DNA of 64,000 nt from Candidatus Nitrospinota bacterium M3_3B_026 (GCA_051418015.1 JBPRGF010000017.1:1-64000), one strand, 5' to 3'. Counted from the stretch's first letter, positions 19,648-29,977 are shown. Numbers and translations are program-made. The notes: generated from the letters alone by a model not told the origin.

Positions 19648-20157
19648 ATGACAAGAGCGGGGTTATTTCTCATCGGCGTGGCGGCTCTCTTTTTGCTCGC
19701 CCCGCCCCGCGCCGCGGCGGACGGGGGAGGCTTCACGACTGCTAACCCGAAATTCCCCGAAATAACAATTAATTACAAGCTCCCAAAAACTCCGCCGGCG
19801 GCGGGGGGCGCTTTCTCGGGCTCCATTCACGTGACCATCCCGGAGGGCTGGCATGTCTACGCCCCAGGCGCGGATAAAAAATACAGGAGGCTCGAGGTGG
19901 AGCCCGGCGAAGGCCCCGCCGTGGAAGACCTGAAATTCACCTACCCCCCCGGCCACGTCATGGATATCATCGGCGAGATGGTTCCCGTATACGACGGCAA
20001 AGTGGAGATCGGGTTCGAGGGCTGGCTGGCTGATGGAACAGAGCCCGCTGGCGCCGTCTGGCGTCCCGTGGTCAAATGGCAGAGCTGCTCGGACAAGCTG
20101 TGCCTGACGCCGGAGAGCAGGACGCTTGAGATTTCCCTCAAACCCTCCGGCGGCTGA
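19648..20157 (+). CDS. Secreted DsbD N-terminal-domain-like protein
   Basis: Signal peptide, GWHVY, YPPG, VYDG, WQSCSDKLCLTP. Confidence 0.75.
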   Translation: MTRAGLFLIGVAALFLLAPPRAAADGGGFTTANPKFPEITINYKLPKTPPAAGGAFSGSIHVTIPEGWHVYAPGADKKYRRLEVEPGEGPAVEDLKFTYPPGHVMDIIGEMVPVYDGKVEIGFEGWLADGTEPAGAVWRPVVKWQSCSDKLCLTPESRTLEISLKPSGG

Positions 20158-20195
20158 GAGCCCGGCGCGCCGATCGCCTGTGATATACTCGTCCT

Positions 20196-20729
20196 ATGAG
20201 CTTGAGCGTTGAAATAAAAGAAGATTCGCCGCTTCTCGAGATATTGACATGGCCCCACCCGGCGCTCGGGAAGAAGGCGGAGCCGATAGCAGAGATCACC
20301 GGCGAGATGCGCGCCCTCGCCGCCCGCATGATGGCTACGATGACGGCCGCCCCCGGCCTGGGCCTGGCAGCGCCGCAGGTGGGGCAAAGCGTCCGTCTCA
20401 TCGTCGTGGACATGGCCTGCGCGGAGGAGGGGGAAACCAGCCCCGTCGCCATGATAAACCCTGAAATCATAAAAGCTTCCGGCGAGATAATCGACGAGGA
20501 GGGGTGCCTCAGCGTCCCCGCCGTCTTCGCCGACGTGACCCGGCCGGAGTGGTTGTCGGTCAAATTCACCGATCTGGACGGCGCCGCGCGCGAATTCGAG
20601 GCCGAAGAGACCCTCGCCCGCTGCCTGGCCCACGAGATCGACCACCTCGACGGCCTTCTCTTCTGGGACAGGCTCAGCAGGCTGAAGCGGGACTGGCTCA
20701 AGCTCAAGTACAAACGCGCGAGCGTCTAG
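20196..20729 (+). CDS. def: Peptide deformylase
   Basis: GLGLAAPQVG, EGCLS, HEIDHLDG. Confidence 0.95.
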   Translation: MSLSVEIKEDSPLLEILTWPHPALGKKAEPIAEITGEMRALAARMMATMTAAPGLGLAAPQVGQSVRLIVVDMACAEEGETSPVAMINPEIIKASGEIIDEEGCLSVPAVFADVTRPEWLSVKFTDLDGAAREFEAEETLARCLAHEIDHLDGLLFWDRLSRLKRDWLKLKYKRASV

Positions 20730-20732
20730 CCG

Positions 20733-21680
20733 ATGGCGGCTCCTCTGCGCGTCATCTTCATGGGAACACCGGACTTCGCCGTCCCCACCCTGCGCGAGCT
20801 GGCGGCGAGCCCCGCCTTCCGCGTCGAAGCCGTCGTCACCCAGCCGGACAGGCCCCGCGGCAGGGGCAGGAGGCTTTCGGCCTCGCCGGTGAAAAATACG
20901 GCATCGGAGCTGGGGTTAAAAATTCTCCAGCCTTCGATGGCGCGGGATCCGGAGACCGTGGAGGCTTTTTCCGCCATCGCGCCGGACTACATCGTCGTCG
21001 TGGCCTATGGCCAGATATTGCCGAAGGCTATCCTCGACATCCCGAAAATCGCCCCAGTCAACCTGCACGCCTCGCTCCTGCCCAGGTGGCGCGGCGCGGC
21101 TCCGATCCATCGCGCCATCCTGGCTGGCGATGAAAAGACCGGCGTCTGCGCGATGATAATGGAGGAGACCTTGGACACAGGAGGCGTCCTGGAGTGCGAG
21201 TCAACACCGATAACCGATGACGACACCTTCGGCTCGCTCCACGACAGGCTGTCGGCGATGGGGGCGGGGCTGATGGCGAAGGCGCTGAAAGACTACGCGG
21301 AAGGCAGGATAGCCCCGGCGCCTCAGGACGACGCGAAAGCCACCTACGCCGAAAAGCTAACCCCCGGAGATTTTTTTATCGACTGGACAAAACACGCACG
21401 CGAGGTCAGCCGCAAAATCCGCGGCCTCTCGCCCTTCCCCGGCGCCATGGCCGCGCTGGGCGGGAGAAAGTTGAAAATCCTGTTCGCCGCCACGGTCGAG
21501 GGGGCCGGAAGGGGCGCGCCGGGCGAGATCGTCGCCGTCACGAAGGAGGGGATAGAGGCCGCCTGCGGCTCCGGCTCCGTCCTGATAACCCGCGTAAAAC
21601 CGGAGGGCAAGGGCGAGATGACCGCCCACGCCTGGACCCTGGGGGCGAGGGTGGAGGCTGGCGACAGGTTCGGCGGTTAA
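20733..21680 (+). CDS. fmt: Methionyl-tRNA formyltransferase
   Basis: FMGTPDFA, TQPDRP, NLHASLLPRWRGAAP. Confidence 0.96.
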   Translation: MAAPLRVIFMGTPDFAVPTLRELAASPAFRVEAVVTQPDRPRGRGRRLSASPVKNTASELGLKILQPSMARDPETVEAFSAIAPDYIVVVAYGQILPKAILDIPKIAPVNLHASLLPRWRGAAPIHRAILAGDEKTGVCAMIMEETLDTGGVLECESTPITDDDTFGSLHDRLSAMGAGLMAKALKDYAEGRIAPAPQDDAKATYAEKLTPGDFFIDWTKHAREVSRKIRGLSPFPGAMAALGGRKLKILFAATVEGAGRGAPGEIVAVTKEGIEAACGSGSVLITRVKPEGKGEMTAHAWTLGARVEAGDRFGG

Positions 21681-21736
21681 GCCGCAAAGCGCGTCTGGAA
21701 ACACGCTATCCGTCTCCATGATGGTATATTCTATTA

Positions 21737-21988
21737 ATGGGCGACAAGAAACTCTGGCTTAAGATCAGCCGTGGCTCGTTTACGAACGTACAGTTCGAGA
21801 GGATGACGCGGCTTGTGGAGGCGTTCGGTTTCAGGTTGAGCAGGGTCAAGGGAAGCCATCATGTTTTCGTTCATTCTGATTTACCGCAGATACTGAATTT
21901 GCAGAACGTCAACGGAACCGCGAAACCATGCCAGGTGAAGCAGTTTTTAAAGCTGGTGGAAACGCACAACCTGAAGATGAAGGACTGA
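21737..21988 (+). CDS. hicA: HicA-family toxin
   Basis: FGF...KGSHHVF...AKPCQVKQ. Confidence 0.82.
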   Translation: MGDKKLWLKISRGSFTNVQFERMTRLVEAFGFRLSRVKGSHHVFVHSDLPQILNLQNVNGTAKPCQVKQFLKLVETHNLKMKD

Positions 21989-21993
21989 TAATC

Positions 21994-22212
21994 ATGAAGG
22001 ACTACCACATAAACATTTTTTACAGCGAAGAGGACGAAGGCTACATAGCAGACATTCCCGACCTCGCCTCCTGTTCCGCGTTTGGAGCGTCGCCGGAAGA
22101 GGCGCTCAAAGAGGCGCTGGAGGCGAAAAAAGCATGGCTGGAGACCGCCGCGGCCGAGGGAAGAAAAATCCCCGAGCCGAAATACAAACCGGCCATTTAC
22201 CAGGCGGCATGA
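21994..22212 (+). CDS. hicB: HicB-family antitoxin (short form)
   Basis: YSEEDEGYIADIPDLASCSAFGASPEEA. Confidence 0.85.
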   Translation: MKDYHINIFYSEEDEGYIADIPDLASCSAFGASPEEALKEALEAKKAWLETAAAEGRKIPEPKYKPAIYQAA

Positions 22213-22248
22213 CACGCCCGCCTGCGGGGGGAGTAACCGCGCCGCGCC

Positions 22249-23424
22249 CTAGCGCTTCCCCTCGTTAATTATCCGCCCCGTCTTCTCCTGGCATTCCTTC
22301 TTGAAGTCGCCCAGAACATATTTCCGCAGGCTGGGGATGTTCAGCCGGTCGATAAGGTCCAAAAAGCCGGGCTCGACCATGTTGTTTGTCACAAGTTCTG
22401 AAAAACTCCTGATCCCCTGGTCGTGCTCGCCGAGGTAGTAGGGCATGATCTGTGTTCTGCCTTCCTCGAAGGCGTCGTACAGGTCGAAGGCTTTCAGGTA
22501 GGCGACGGAGCATTCTATGAGCAGCGGGCGGATGCCGCGCAGGTAGCGGCTGAAAGGCTCGCTGATGATCCTCTTGATGGGCGTCTCGGCGAGGCCGTTT
22601 TCCATCAGCTGGCGTTTGAAGTACATCGCCGCGTCGACCCGCTCCGGCAGAAACTTCGCCCGCGCCTCCCGCTCGTACCCTTCGGCCACAACGACGAGGG
22701 CGTGATCCGCCTCCATCAGCCTTGAGGCGATGTCCCTTAAAATCCCGCCCGTGAGCCTGAACCCCGGCAGGATGACAAGATGCGCCCGCGCCGACGCGCC
22801 GGACATGAGGGCGTGCTTGCCCGAGTCGCGCCCCATCATCTCGAGGATGTATATCCTTTTGTGGGTGTAGGCGTCCTCGAAAAGGCCCCGGGCCACCTTC
22901 GCCCCCTCCTCCGCGCCGGTCAGGAAGCCCACGGCGACGTCGCCGAGGATGTCGCTGTCCACGGAGACGTTTATGAAGCCCGCGCGGATCTCGGGCATGA
23001 GGTTGTCCAGCGCCTTGATCCCCATCATCGTCCCGTTGCCGCCCACTCCCACTATATGGGTGAACTCCATCTCGCGGATGAACTCAACGGCGGCCTGTTG
23101 TTTCTCCGGCTTTATGAAATCCGGATAGCGCTCCGAGCGGAACTCCGAGCCGGGCTGGTCTATCCCCCGGTATAACGAGCGGGTGGGGATGCCCTGGGTG
23201 TTCAGCCTCCAGCTCTCTCTGCGGCTCATGACGAGGCGGATGAGCCTCTCCCCGGCGATGTTGTCGCCCGTAAGGGAGCGGAAGCCCTCGAAAGCGGCGT
23301 AGACGCGGTAGCCGCGCTTTTCCCCCTCCTCGGTCATGGAGGTGGCGACGGCGGAGTATCCTGGGGCGTTTCCGCCGTCGAATATGAGCAGTATCTTTTT
23401 TTCTCTTTCCATGCCAAGCGCCAT
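22249..23424 (-). CDS. pfkA: Phosphofructokinase-family protein (divergent motifs)
   Basis: GGNAPG, GGNGT, SVDSD, EMMGRDSG, VVVAEG. Confidence 0.75.
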   Translation of the reverse strand: MALGMEREKKILLIFDGGNAPGYSAVATSMTEEGEKRGYRVYAAFEGFRSLTGDNIAGERLIRLVMSRRESWRLNTQGIPTRSLYRGIDQPGSEFRSERYPDFIKPEKQQAAVEFIREMEFTHIVGVGGNGTMMGIKALDNLMPEIRAGFINVSVDSDILGDVAVGFLTGAEEGAKVARGLFEDAYTHKRIYILEMMGRDSGKHALMSGASARAHLVILPGFRLTGGILRDIASRLMEADHALVVVAEGYEREARAKFLPERVDAAMYFKRQLMENGLAETPIKRIISEPFSRYLRGIRPLLIECSVAYLKAFDLYDAFEEGRTQIMPYYLGEHDQGIRSFSELVTNNMVEPGFLDLIDRLNIPSLRKYVLGDFKKECQEKTGRIINEGKR

Positions 23425-23567
23425 GGCCGATAGATCCTTCCGGTATTCTACCCGCGATCGGCCGGAAGTAACAGGACGATCGCCAGGCGGCTTTCATCGG
23501 CGCGCCTCCCATAACATCATGCGACGCGAAGCACCTCGCCCCGGATGAGACAGCGGGGTTTTTCGCC

Positions 23568-23606
23568 GAGCCTGTCCTGAGCGAAGCCGAAGGGCTCAGA
23601 ATGACA
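23568..23606. repeat. REP-like palindromic element
   Basis: GAGCCT...AGGGCTC hairpin ending CAGAATGACA, similar to the CAGCATGACA end at 43902. Confidence 0.45.
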
Positions 23607-23628
23607 CGTTCTCATCCCATGGCCCTGA

Positions 23629-23700
23629 TGCCATGCTGAACCTGGTAAAGAGTCTCAAGGCCGTGAAGGCATGAGACCCTGAAACAAGCCCAAGGCGCCA
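23629..23700. repeat. 72-bp REP-like element, degenerate copy
   Basis: Gapless 50/72 identity to the reverse complement of 43831-43902. Confidence 0.7.
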
Positions 23701-23777
23701 ACCGTGGTCGTCCTCCACCGGGACCGTTTATCAGAAAAGCGTGAAAGTGATATCATAAAGAATTCAGTTTCGATTTT

Positions 23778-23809
23778 TGTTATCCGATGTTATCCGATGT
23801 TATCCGATG
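23778..23809 (+). repeat. Perfect tandem repeat (TGTTATCCGA)x3 running into the lepA ATG
   Basis: Read directly from the sequence. Confidence 0.95.
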
Positions 23810-25597
23810 AAGATCAGGAACTTTTCGATAATAGCGCACATAGACCACGGCAAGTCCACCCTCGCCGACAGGCTGCTCGAGCGCACCGGCGCCGTCACGG
23901 GCCGGGATATGAAAGAGCAGGCGCTGGACACTATGGATCTGGAGCGCGAGCGGGGAATCACCATCAAGGCGCAAACGGCGCGCCTCGAGTACAAGGCGAG
24001 GGACGGGGAAAAGTACGTCCTGAACCTGATAGACACCCCCGGCCACGTTGATTTCTCCTACGAGGTGTCCCGGAGCCTTGCCGCCTGCGAGGGGGTTTTG
24101 CTCGTGGTGGACGCGGCGCAGGGGATAGAGGCGCAGACCCTGGCCAACGTCCACCTCGCCCTGGAGAGCGATCTTGTCATGATCCCGGTGATAAACAAGA
24201 TCGACCTGCCGTCGGCGGACGTGGAGGGGGTCGCCCGGCAGATAAGGGAGGTCATAGGCGTCACGGACGAGGAGATAATCCACGCCTCGGCCAAGACGGG
24301 ATTGGGGGTGGACGATATCCTTGAGGCCATAGTGGAACGGATACCAGAGCCCGGCCGCGACGTCGGCGCGAAGCCGCGGGCGCTGGTGGTGGACTCCTGG
24401 TACGACACCTACCGGGGCGTCGTGTCGCTGATCCGCGTAGTGGAAGGCGCCATCGGCTCAGGCGGCAAGATAAAGTTCATGGCCAGCGGCGTGGAGCGGG
24501 AGGTGGACAACATGGGTGTTTTCACCCCCAAGCCCACGCCGGTCGAAAGGCTCACCGCCGGGGAGGTCGGCTTTTTCACCGCGGCGATAAGGGACATCGA
24601 CGACGCGAAGATCGGCGACACGGTCACCCTGGCGAAGGGGGGCTCGGAAAAAGCGCTGCCAGGATTCAAGGAGGCCAAGCCGATGGTCTTCTCCGGCCTT
24701 TACCCCACGGACAACGAAGATTACGAGCGCCTGCGCGACGCCCTGGGCAAGCTGCGTTTGAACGACAGCTCCATAGTCTACGAGCCGGAGGTCTCGCCCG
24801 CGCTGGGGTTCGGGTTCCGTTGCGGCTTCCTGGGGCTTTTGCACATGGGGATAGCCCGGGAGAGGCTGGAGCGGGAGTTCGGCCTGTCGCTGATCTCCAC
24901 TGCGCCGACGGTCGTCTACAGGGTGGAACTGAAGGGCGGTGAGACGATCGAGGTGGACAATCCCTCCAACCTGCCCGGCCCGAACGAGCGGGAGAGCATC
25001 TCCGAACCGGTGATCGAGGTCAACATCATCACCCCCAACGACTACGTCGGCGCGGTCATGACGCTGTGCCGGGAGAGGCGGGGGGTCCAGAAGAAGATGG
25101 AGTACCTTTCACCCGAGCGGGTGTCGCTGAGTTTCCACCTGCCCCTGAACGAGGTGGTGCTGGACTTTTACGACAAGCTGAAAAGCCTGACCCGCGGCTA
25201 CGCCTCCATGGACTACGAGCACGTGGGATACCAGGAGGCGGACCTGGTGAAGCTCGACCTGCTGGTGAACGGCCAGTCCGTGGACACCCTCTCCACCATC
25301 GTCCACAAGGACAAGGCCCACCACGTGGGCAAGGAGCTTACGGACAGGATGAGGGAGTTGATCCCCAGGCAGATGTTCGACATCGCCATCCAGGCGGCCA
25401 TCGGGGGCAAGATCATAAGCCGCCAGAACCTGAAGGCCATGAGAAAGAACGTCACCGCCAAGTGCTACGGCGGTGACATCACGCGGAAACGAAAGCTCAT
25501 CGAAAAACAGAAAGCCGGAAAAAAGAGAATGAAAAGCGTAGGCAGGGTGGAGATACCCCAGGAGGCCTTCCTGGCGATGCTTAAAAGTGACGCCTGA
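23807..25597 (+). CDS. lepA: Elongation factor 4 (LepA)
   Basis: [38 protein letters not shown]. Confidence 0.98.
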   Translation: MKIRNFSIIAHIDHGKSTLADRLLERTGAVTGRDMKEQALDTMDLERERGITIKAQTARLEYKARDGEKYVLNLIDTPGHVDFSYEVSRSLAACEGVLLVVDAAQGIEAQTLANVHLALESDLVMIPVINKIDLPSADVEGVARQIREVIGVTDEEIIHASAKTGLGVDDILEAIVERIPEPGRDVGAKPRALVVDSWYDTYRGVVSLIRVVEGAIGSGGKIKFMASGVEREVDNMGVFTPKPTPVERLTAGEVGFFTAAIRDIDDAKIGDTVTLAKGGSEKALPGFKEAKPMVFSGLYPTDNEDYERLRDALGKLRLNDSSIVYEPEVSPALGFGFRCGFLGLLHMGIARERLEREFGLSLISTAPTVVYRVELKGGETIEVDNPSNLPGPNERESISEPVIEVNIITPNDYVGAVMTLCRERRGVQKKMEYLSPERVSLSFHLPLNEVVLDFYDKLKSLTRGYASMDYEHVGYQEADLVKLDLLVNGQSVDTLSTIVHKDKAHHVGKELTDRMRELIPRQMFDIAIQAAIGGKIISRQNLKAMRKNVTAKCYGGDITRKRKLIEKQKAGKKRMKSVGRVEIPQEAFLAMLKSDA

Positions 25598-26198
25598 AGA
25601 AGGGGTAAGGCAGAAGGTGGACAGGGATCTGGACAACGAGAAAAACCCCTCGCTCTGGAAAGAGTATCTCAAGGCCGGCGTGGTGGCGGTCCTGCTGGCG
25701 TTTTTCATCAGGACATACGTCGCCCAGGCTTTCAAGATCCCCTCGGAGTCCATGATGGACACCCTCATGGTGGGGGACCATCTGCTCGTCAACAAGATGG
25801 TCTACCATTTCTTCGAGCCGGAGCGCGGTGACATCATCGTCTTCCGGTACCCCCTGGATGAGGAGAGAGACTTCGTCAAAAGGGTCGTCGGTCTGCCGGG
25901 GGAGACGGTCGAGATAAAGGGGACGACGGCCTACATCAACGGCGAGCCGCTGAAGGAGCCTTACGCCATCTATGAGCCGACGCCTTTCGGCTCCAAAGGA
26001 TATCATTTCGGTCCCGTGAAGGTGCCTCCGGGCCATCTTTTCATGATGGGCGACAACAGGAATAACAGCCAGGACTCGCGTGTTTGGGGGCCGTTGGACG
26101 AGGACCTCATACACGGCAAGGCCTTCCTGATCCACTGGTCCTGGAGAAACAGGACCTGGGACATCCGCTGGCGCAGGGTCGGAAGACTCCTGGAATAG
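25587..26198 (+). CDS. lepB: Signal peptidase I
   Basis: IPSESM (Ser), [10 protein letters not shown] (Lys), [11 protein letters not shown]. Confidence 0.95.
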   Translation: MTPEEGVRQKVDRDLDNEKNPSLWKEYLKAGVVAVLLAFFIRTYVAQAFKIPSESMMDTLMVGDHLLVNKMVYHFFEPERGDIIVFRYPLDEERDFVKRVVGLPGETVEIKGTTAYINGEPLKEPYAIYEPTPFGSKGYHFGPVKVPPGHLFMMGDNRNNSQDSRVWGPLDEDLIHGKAFLIHWSWRNRTWDIRWRRVGRLLE

Positions 26199-26210
26199 CG
26201 GAGGAGGCGG

Positions 26211-27482
26211 TCAGCCCCGCCCTTTCTCCAGGGCGCCCGCGATCTCGCCGAAAGGGACGCTTCTCTGCTCGCCGGACTCCATATCCTTGAGCGTAACGGC
26301 GCCGCTCCTTGTCTCGTCCTCGCCGATCATCATGGTGAACCTGGAGCCGGACCTGCCCGCCTTGCGCATCCTGCTTTTAAGGCTCCCCCCCTCGAAGCAT
26401 TTCTCCACCGCGTAGCCGCGCGCGCGCAGCCTGTGGGCAAGCTCGAAGGCTCTGCCGGCCGCTTCGGGGGTCATGTCGATGATGTAGACATCGGGCCGGA
26501 GGGTATACTCCTCCACCGCCTCTTCGTTGTCGAGAAGGCTTATCAACCGCTCCATCCCCACGGCGAACCCGACGGCCGGGGTAGGCGGCCCTCCCATCTG
26601 TTCCACCAGCAGGTCATACCTGCCCCCTCCGGCCACGGCGTTCTGGGCCCCGAGCCGGGTGGAGGTCACCTCGAAGGCGGTCCTGGTGTAATAGTCCAAC
26701 CCGCGCGCCATCCTGGGATCCAGCGTCACCGGGACTTTCTGCTCCAGCAACAGGCTCCCGACCGCCTCCAGGCTCTCTTCACACTCGCCGCAGCGGTACT
26801 TGTCTATGGCTGGGGCCTCCGCCACGACCTCCCGGCAGCCCTTTGCCTTGCAGTCCAGCGCCCGGAAGGGGTTTCGCTCGATCCTCGCCTTGCAGTTGTC
26901 GCACAGGGAGTCCGCCCTGTCCTTCAGAAACTCGTAAAGCGCCTTTTTGTAAGCCGGGCGGCAGTTCGGACAGCCGAGGGAGTTCAGCGCGACTTCCAGC
27001 CCGGTCACGCCGAGAGCGCCGAATATGTCCATCAACGCAAGGATGGCCTCCGCGTCCACCCCGGGGTTCGCCGAGCCGAAAACCTCCGCGCCGAACTGGT
27101 GGAACTGGCGGAACCTGCCCGCCTGCGGCCTCTCGGCGCGGAACATGGGGCCGAAGTAGAAGAGCTTGCGGACGCCCGGCGGGTCGTAGAGCCTGTTTTC
27201 TATGTACGCGCGGACGACCGGGGCCGTCCCCTCCGGCCTGAGGGTCAGCGACTCGCCCCCCCGGTCGGTGAAGGTGTACATCTCCTTTTCCACGATGTCC
27301 GTCGTCTCGCCTATGGACCGGCTGAAGACCTCCGTCTTCTCGAAGATGGGGGTCCTTATCTCGCTGTAGCCGTAACGCCTGAACATCTCCCGAGCCGTCT
27401 TTTCGACAAACTCCCAGGCGGGGGCCTCGCCGGGGGTGATGTCCCTGACCCCTTTCACCCTCTTCATGAAACCACTCTTCAC
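26211..27482 (-). CDS. hisS: Histidine-tRNA ligase
   Basis: LRPEGT, FRAERPQAGRFRQF, RGLDYY, GGRYD; GGAGG before the GTG. Confidence 0.97.
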   Translation of the reverse strand: MKSGFMKRVKGVRDITPGEAPAWEFVEKTAREMFRRYGYSEIRTPIFEKTEVFSRSIGETTDIVEKEMYTFTDRGGESLTLRPEGTAPVVRAYIENRLYDPPGVRKLFYFGPMFRAERPQAGRFRQFHQFGAEVFGSANPGVDAEAILALMDIFGALGVTGLEVALNSLGCPNCRPAYKKALYEFLKDRADSLCDNCKARIERNPFRALDCKAKGCREVVAEAPAIDKYRCGECEESLEAVGSLLLEQKVPVTLDPRMARGLDYYTRTAFEVTSTRLGAQNAVAGGGRYDLLVEQMGGPPTPAVGFAVGMERLISLLDNEEAVEEYTLRPDVYIIDMTPEAAGRAFELAHRLRARGYAVEKCFEGGSLKSRMRKAGRSGSRFTMMIGEDETRSGAVTLKDMESGEQRSVPFGEIAGALEKGRG

Positions 27483-27603
27483 TTTTCCTCCGCAGGTCCG
27501 CGATGTTAAATGTTTTCAAACATATAGAAGGCCCTCGCGCCTTGGGCTCCGAAGCGGCAAAGAAATATATTCTGCAGCGCGCGGGCGGCGATTGCAAATG
27601 TTT

Positions 27604-29064
27604 TCAGGACTTTTCAGCGCCCGGCGCGGAAGGCGCCCGGGAGGCGGCGGCGGCCTTCGGCAAGGTCACGGTGAACCTCGCGCCCTCCCCCAGCCTGCTG
27701 TTGACATGGATGGAGCCACCATGAAGCTCCACGATGTTTCTCGCGATGCACAACCCCACCCCCATGCCTCCGTGTTTCCGTGTGCTGGAGCCGTCGATCT
27801 GCCTGAACCTGTCGAAGATCACCTCCTTTTCGATCTCCGAAAGCCCCCTCCCGTCGTCCTCCACAAAGACTTCCGCGAACTCGCCGTTTCCCCTGCACCC
27901 CATCGTGATCCGCCCGTCCTTGTCGGTGAACTTCACGGCGTTCTGGGCGATCTTGTAGAGAGCCTGTATGAGCCTGGTCCTGTCCGCCGTCACGGGAGGC
28001 GTCTGGTCGTCGATGTCCAGGACTATCTGGCGCTCGCCTCCGGCGGCGCCCTGCATGGAGTCGGCCAGTTCCCGGACAACGTCGGGGAAGCTGGTCGGCG
28101 CGGGCGAAAGCCTTATCCTGCCCGCCTCGATCATGGACAGGTCTATTAAGTCGTCCACAATGGCGAGGAGTTGGGCGCTGCTTTCCATTATCTGACTCAT
28201 CATCATCTTTGCTTTGCCGGATTCCTCGAGGCTTTTCGCCAGTATCCCGGAAAAGCCTATAACACTCGTCAGGGGGGTGCGAAGCTCGTGGCTTATGTTC
28301 GCCAGGAACTCGGACTTCAGCCGGTTGGCCTCCATGGCCCGCTCCGTCTGGGCCATGAGCTCGCGGTTTTTCCTTTTCAGGTCTTCATCCCGTTCCCTGA
28401 GCGCGCCGGACATATGGCGTATGCGGACGAGGCTCCTGTTCTGCTTCAGCGTGAAAAGAAACTGCGTGTAGGCGCTTATGACACCGACGGCCATAAAGGC
28501 GGTGTAATAGAAAAAGTTCGTGGACGCGATGTACAGATCACCGCCAAGGCCGGAGCGCAACAGGCCGGGGATCAGGTAGCCGGCGAAGCTGATAAACGAT
28601 ATCACCAGGATTACCCTCAAAGGCAACGCCAGCAAAAGCCCGCTCACGAGGATGACAAGACCCGGCGCCAGCGCCCATTCCGACTCCAGCCCGCCGGTGA
28701 GATAGGCGATAAGGCCCGTCCCGGCCGCCGCCGTGAGAACCTGGGCATAGGTGAGCCACATGTAATGGGAAAAAGACCTGCCCGGTTTCAACACAAGAAT
28801 ATGGACAGCGAAAAGGGCCACCGCCGCCGCCTTCACCCAGAAAAGCTTCCAGAAAAGGGCGGAGGGCAGAAGAAGGTCGGGGAAATTCGAAATGATGAAA
28901 AGCATCATGGCCAGGGTGGCCGTAAGACGCAACCTCGCAGGATAGATGTCCTCAAGGCTCTGGGCGTCATCCCGGCCAAGCGACCGCGGAATAAAAATGT
29001 TCCGCAACATCCTCATTCCCACGCTGCCCCGCGGAGCGGGTGGGCTTGAATCAGAAGGCGTCAA
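27604..29064 (-). CDS. Membrane sensor histidine kinase (orphan; start uncertain)
   Basis: About 6 TM helices, H-box SHELRTP, NAVKFT, DDGRG, GMGVGL. Confidence 0.9.
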   Translation of the reverse strand: MTPSDSSPPAPRGSVGMRMLRNIFIPRSLGRDDAQSLEDIYPARLRLTATLAMMLFIISNFPDLLLPSALFWKLFWVKAAAVALFAVHILVLKPGRSFSHYMWLTYAQVLTAAAGTGLIAYLTGGLESEWALAPGLVILVSGLLLALPLRVILVISFISFAGYLIPGLLRSGLGGDLYIASTNFFYYTAFMAVGVISAYTQFLFTLKQNRSLVRIRHMSGALRERDEDLKRKNRELMAQTERAMEANRLKSEFLANISHELRTPLTSVIGFSGILAKSLEESGKAKMMMSQIMESSAQLLAIVDDLIDLSMIEAGRIRLSPAPTSFPDVVRELADSMQGAAGGERQIVLDIDDQTPPVTADRTRLIQALYKIAQNAVKFTDKDGRITMGCRGNGEFAEVFVEDDGRGLSEIEKEVIFDRFRQIDGSSTRKHGGMGVGLCIARNIVELHGGSIHVNSRLGEGARFTVTLPKAAAASRAPSAPGAEKS

Positions 29065-29361
29065 ATGATTTTATCCCCTGCTTTTCTCTGGTTTATCATT
29101 CCCCCCGTTCTTTCCGATCTTTTTTTCTCATCGACCGAGGCCGGTTTCCACCCGCGCCGGGGATCATGAGCATCTCCGGGTTCTTTTCTCGCAAACGGGC
29201 CAGGTGGGGCTTGTATAGTTTGCCGATCCTCTTTGTCCATCCCCATCTCCATCCACGCGCCATTTATCTTTCCATGTATCATTTTACAACGTTTGGGGCA
29301 TGTCGATAAAATCCTAAACTCATCTTGGCCGTCCGTTCCCTTTTAATGGTATATTGAAAAA

Positions 29362-29775
29362 ATGAACCTGAAAGTTAACGAGCCGCCGGTCTGCGGCCAT
29401 TGCGGCGCCAGCATGATAAAACACGATCTGCCGCCGGTCACTTTCTCCGACGGCCTCGGCTGGGGCGCGCCGTTCCTATGGATGTGTCCCAACGATGAAT
29501 GCCCCATCTTCAGAAAGGGGTTCTACCACACCCTGGACAATTACGGACAGACCACCTCCATGCGCGCGATCGTGGAGCCGGACTCCGGCAGGGAGTCGGT
29601 CGTGCCGGCGTTCACCATCGCCGCCGAACACCTCGACGCCTTCGTCGAGATAAGGGCCGAGCAGGCTCGCCGCCTGCGCGAGGAGGGACCGCAGAACCCG
29701 CCCGCCGCCGATAACGACGGCGAATATCCCGAACTCGACGACTACGACCCCAACAAGGGCTTTACGGAAGCCTGA
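29362..29775 (+). CDS. Hypothetical Zn-ribbon protein with acidic tail
   Basis: CGHC ... CPNDEC; host-like codon usage. Confidence 0.7.
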   Translation: MNLKVNEPPVCGHCGASMIKHDLPPVTFSDGLGWGAPFLWMCPNDECPIFRKGFYHTLDNYGQTTSMRAIVEPDSGRESVVPAFTIAAEHLDAFVEIRAEQARRLREEGPQNPPAADNDGEYPELDDYDPNKGFTEA

Positions 29776-29874
29776 AAACCCGAAGAATCCGCCGCGACGC
29801 CTTCTTTTCACGCTATTCCCACAGGGCTCGGCTTTTGCGCGGCCCTCGTCCAAAAAAAAGCTGAAAAATTCCCT

Positions 29875-29901
29875 TATGGTTTCAGAGAATCGAGCCGATA
29901 A
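29875..29901 (+). promoter_or_regulatory. sigma28 (FliA)-type promoter
   Basis: TATGGTTT-N11-GCCGATAA vs TAAAGTTT-N11-GCCGATAA, upstream of flagellar-type genes. Confidence 0.6.
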
Positions 29902-29946
29902 GAAATCAGGCGGAGCGCGCCCCGGGCCATTAAAAAGGCGGCCCGT

Positions 29947-29977
29947 TTGACATCAAGCCTGAAAAGCTTGATATAAT
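29947..29977 (+). promoter_or_regulatory. sigma70 promoter with 19-bp spacer containing a dyad
   Basis: TTGACA-N19-TATAAT (also TGnTATAAT); ATCAAGC-N7-GCTTGAT at 29952-29972. Confidence 0.7.

Noticed and set aside
23778..23807. TTATCC cores as possible DnaA boxes or a mini-CRISPR
   Set aside because: 3/9 mismatches to TTATCCACA, and no spacers between units; no CRISPR array or cas gene seen anywhere in the window
29061..29282. 73-aa ORF coupled to the kinase start
   Set aside because: No motif or clear SD; lies in a likely promoter region
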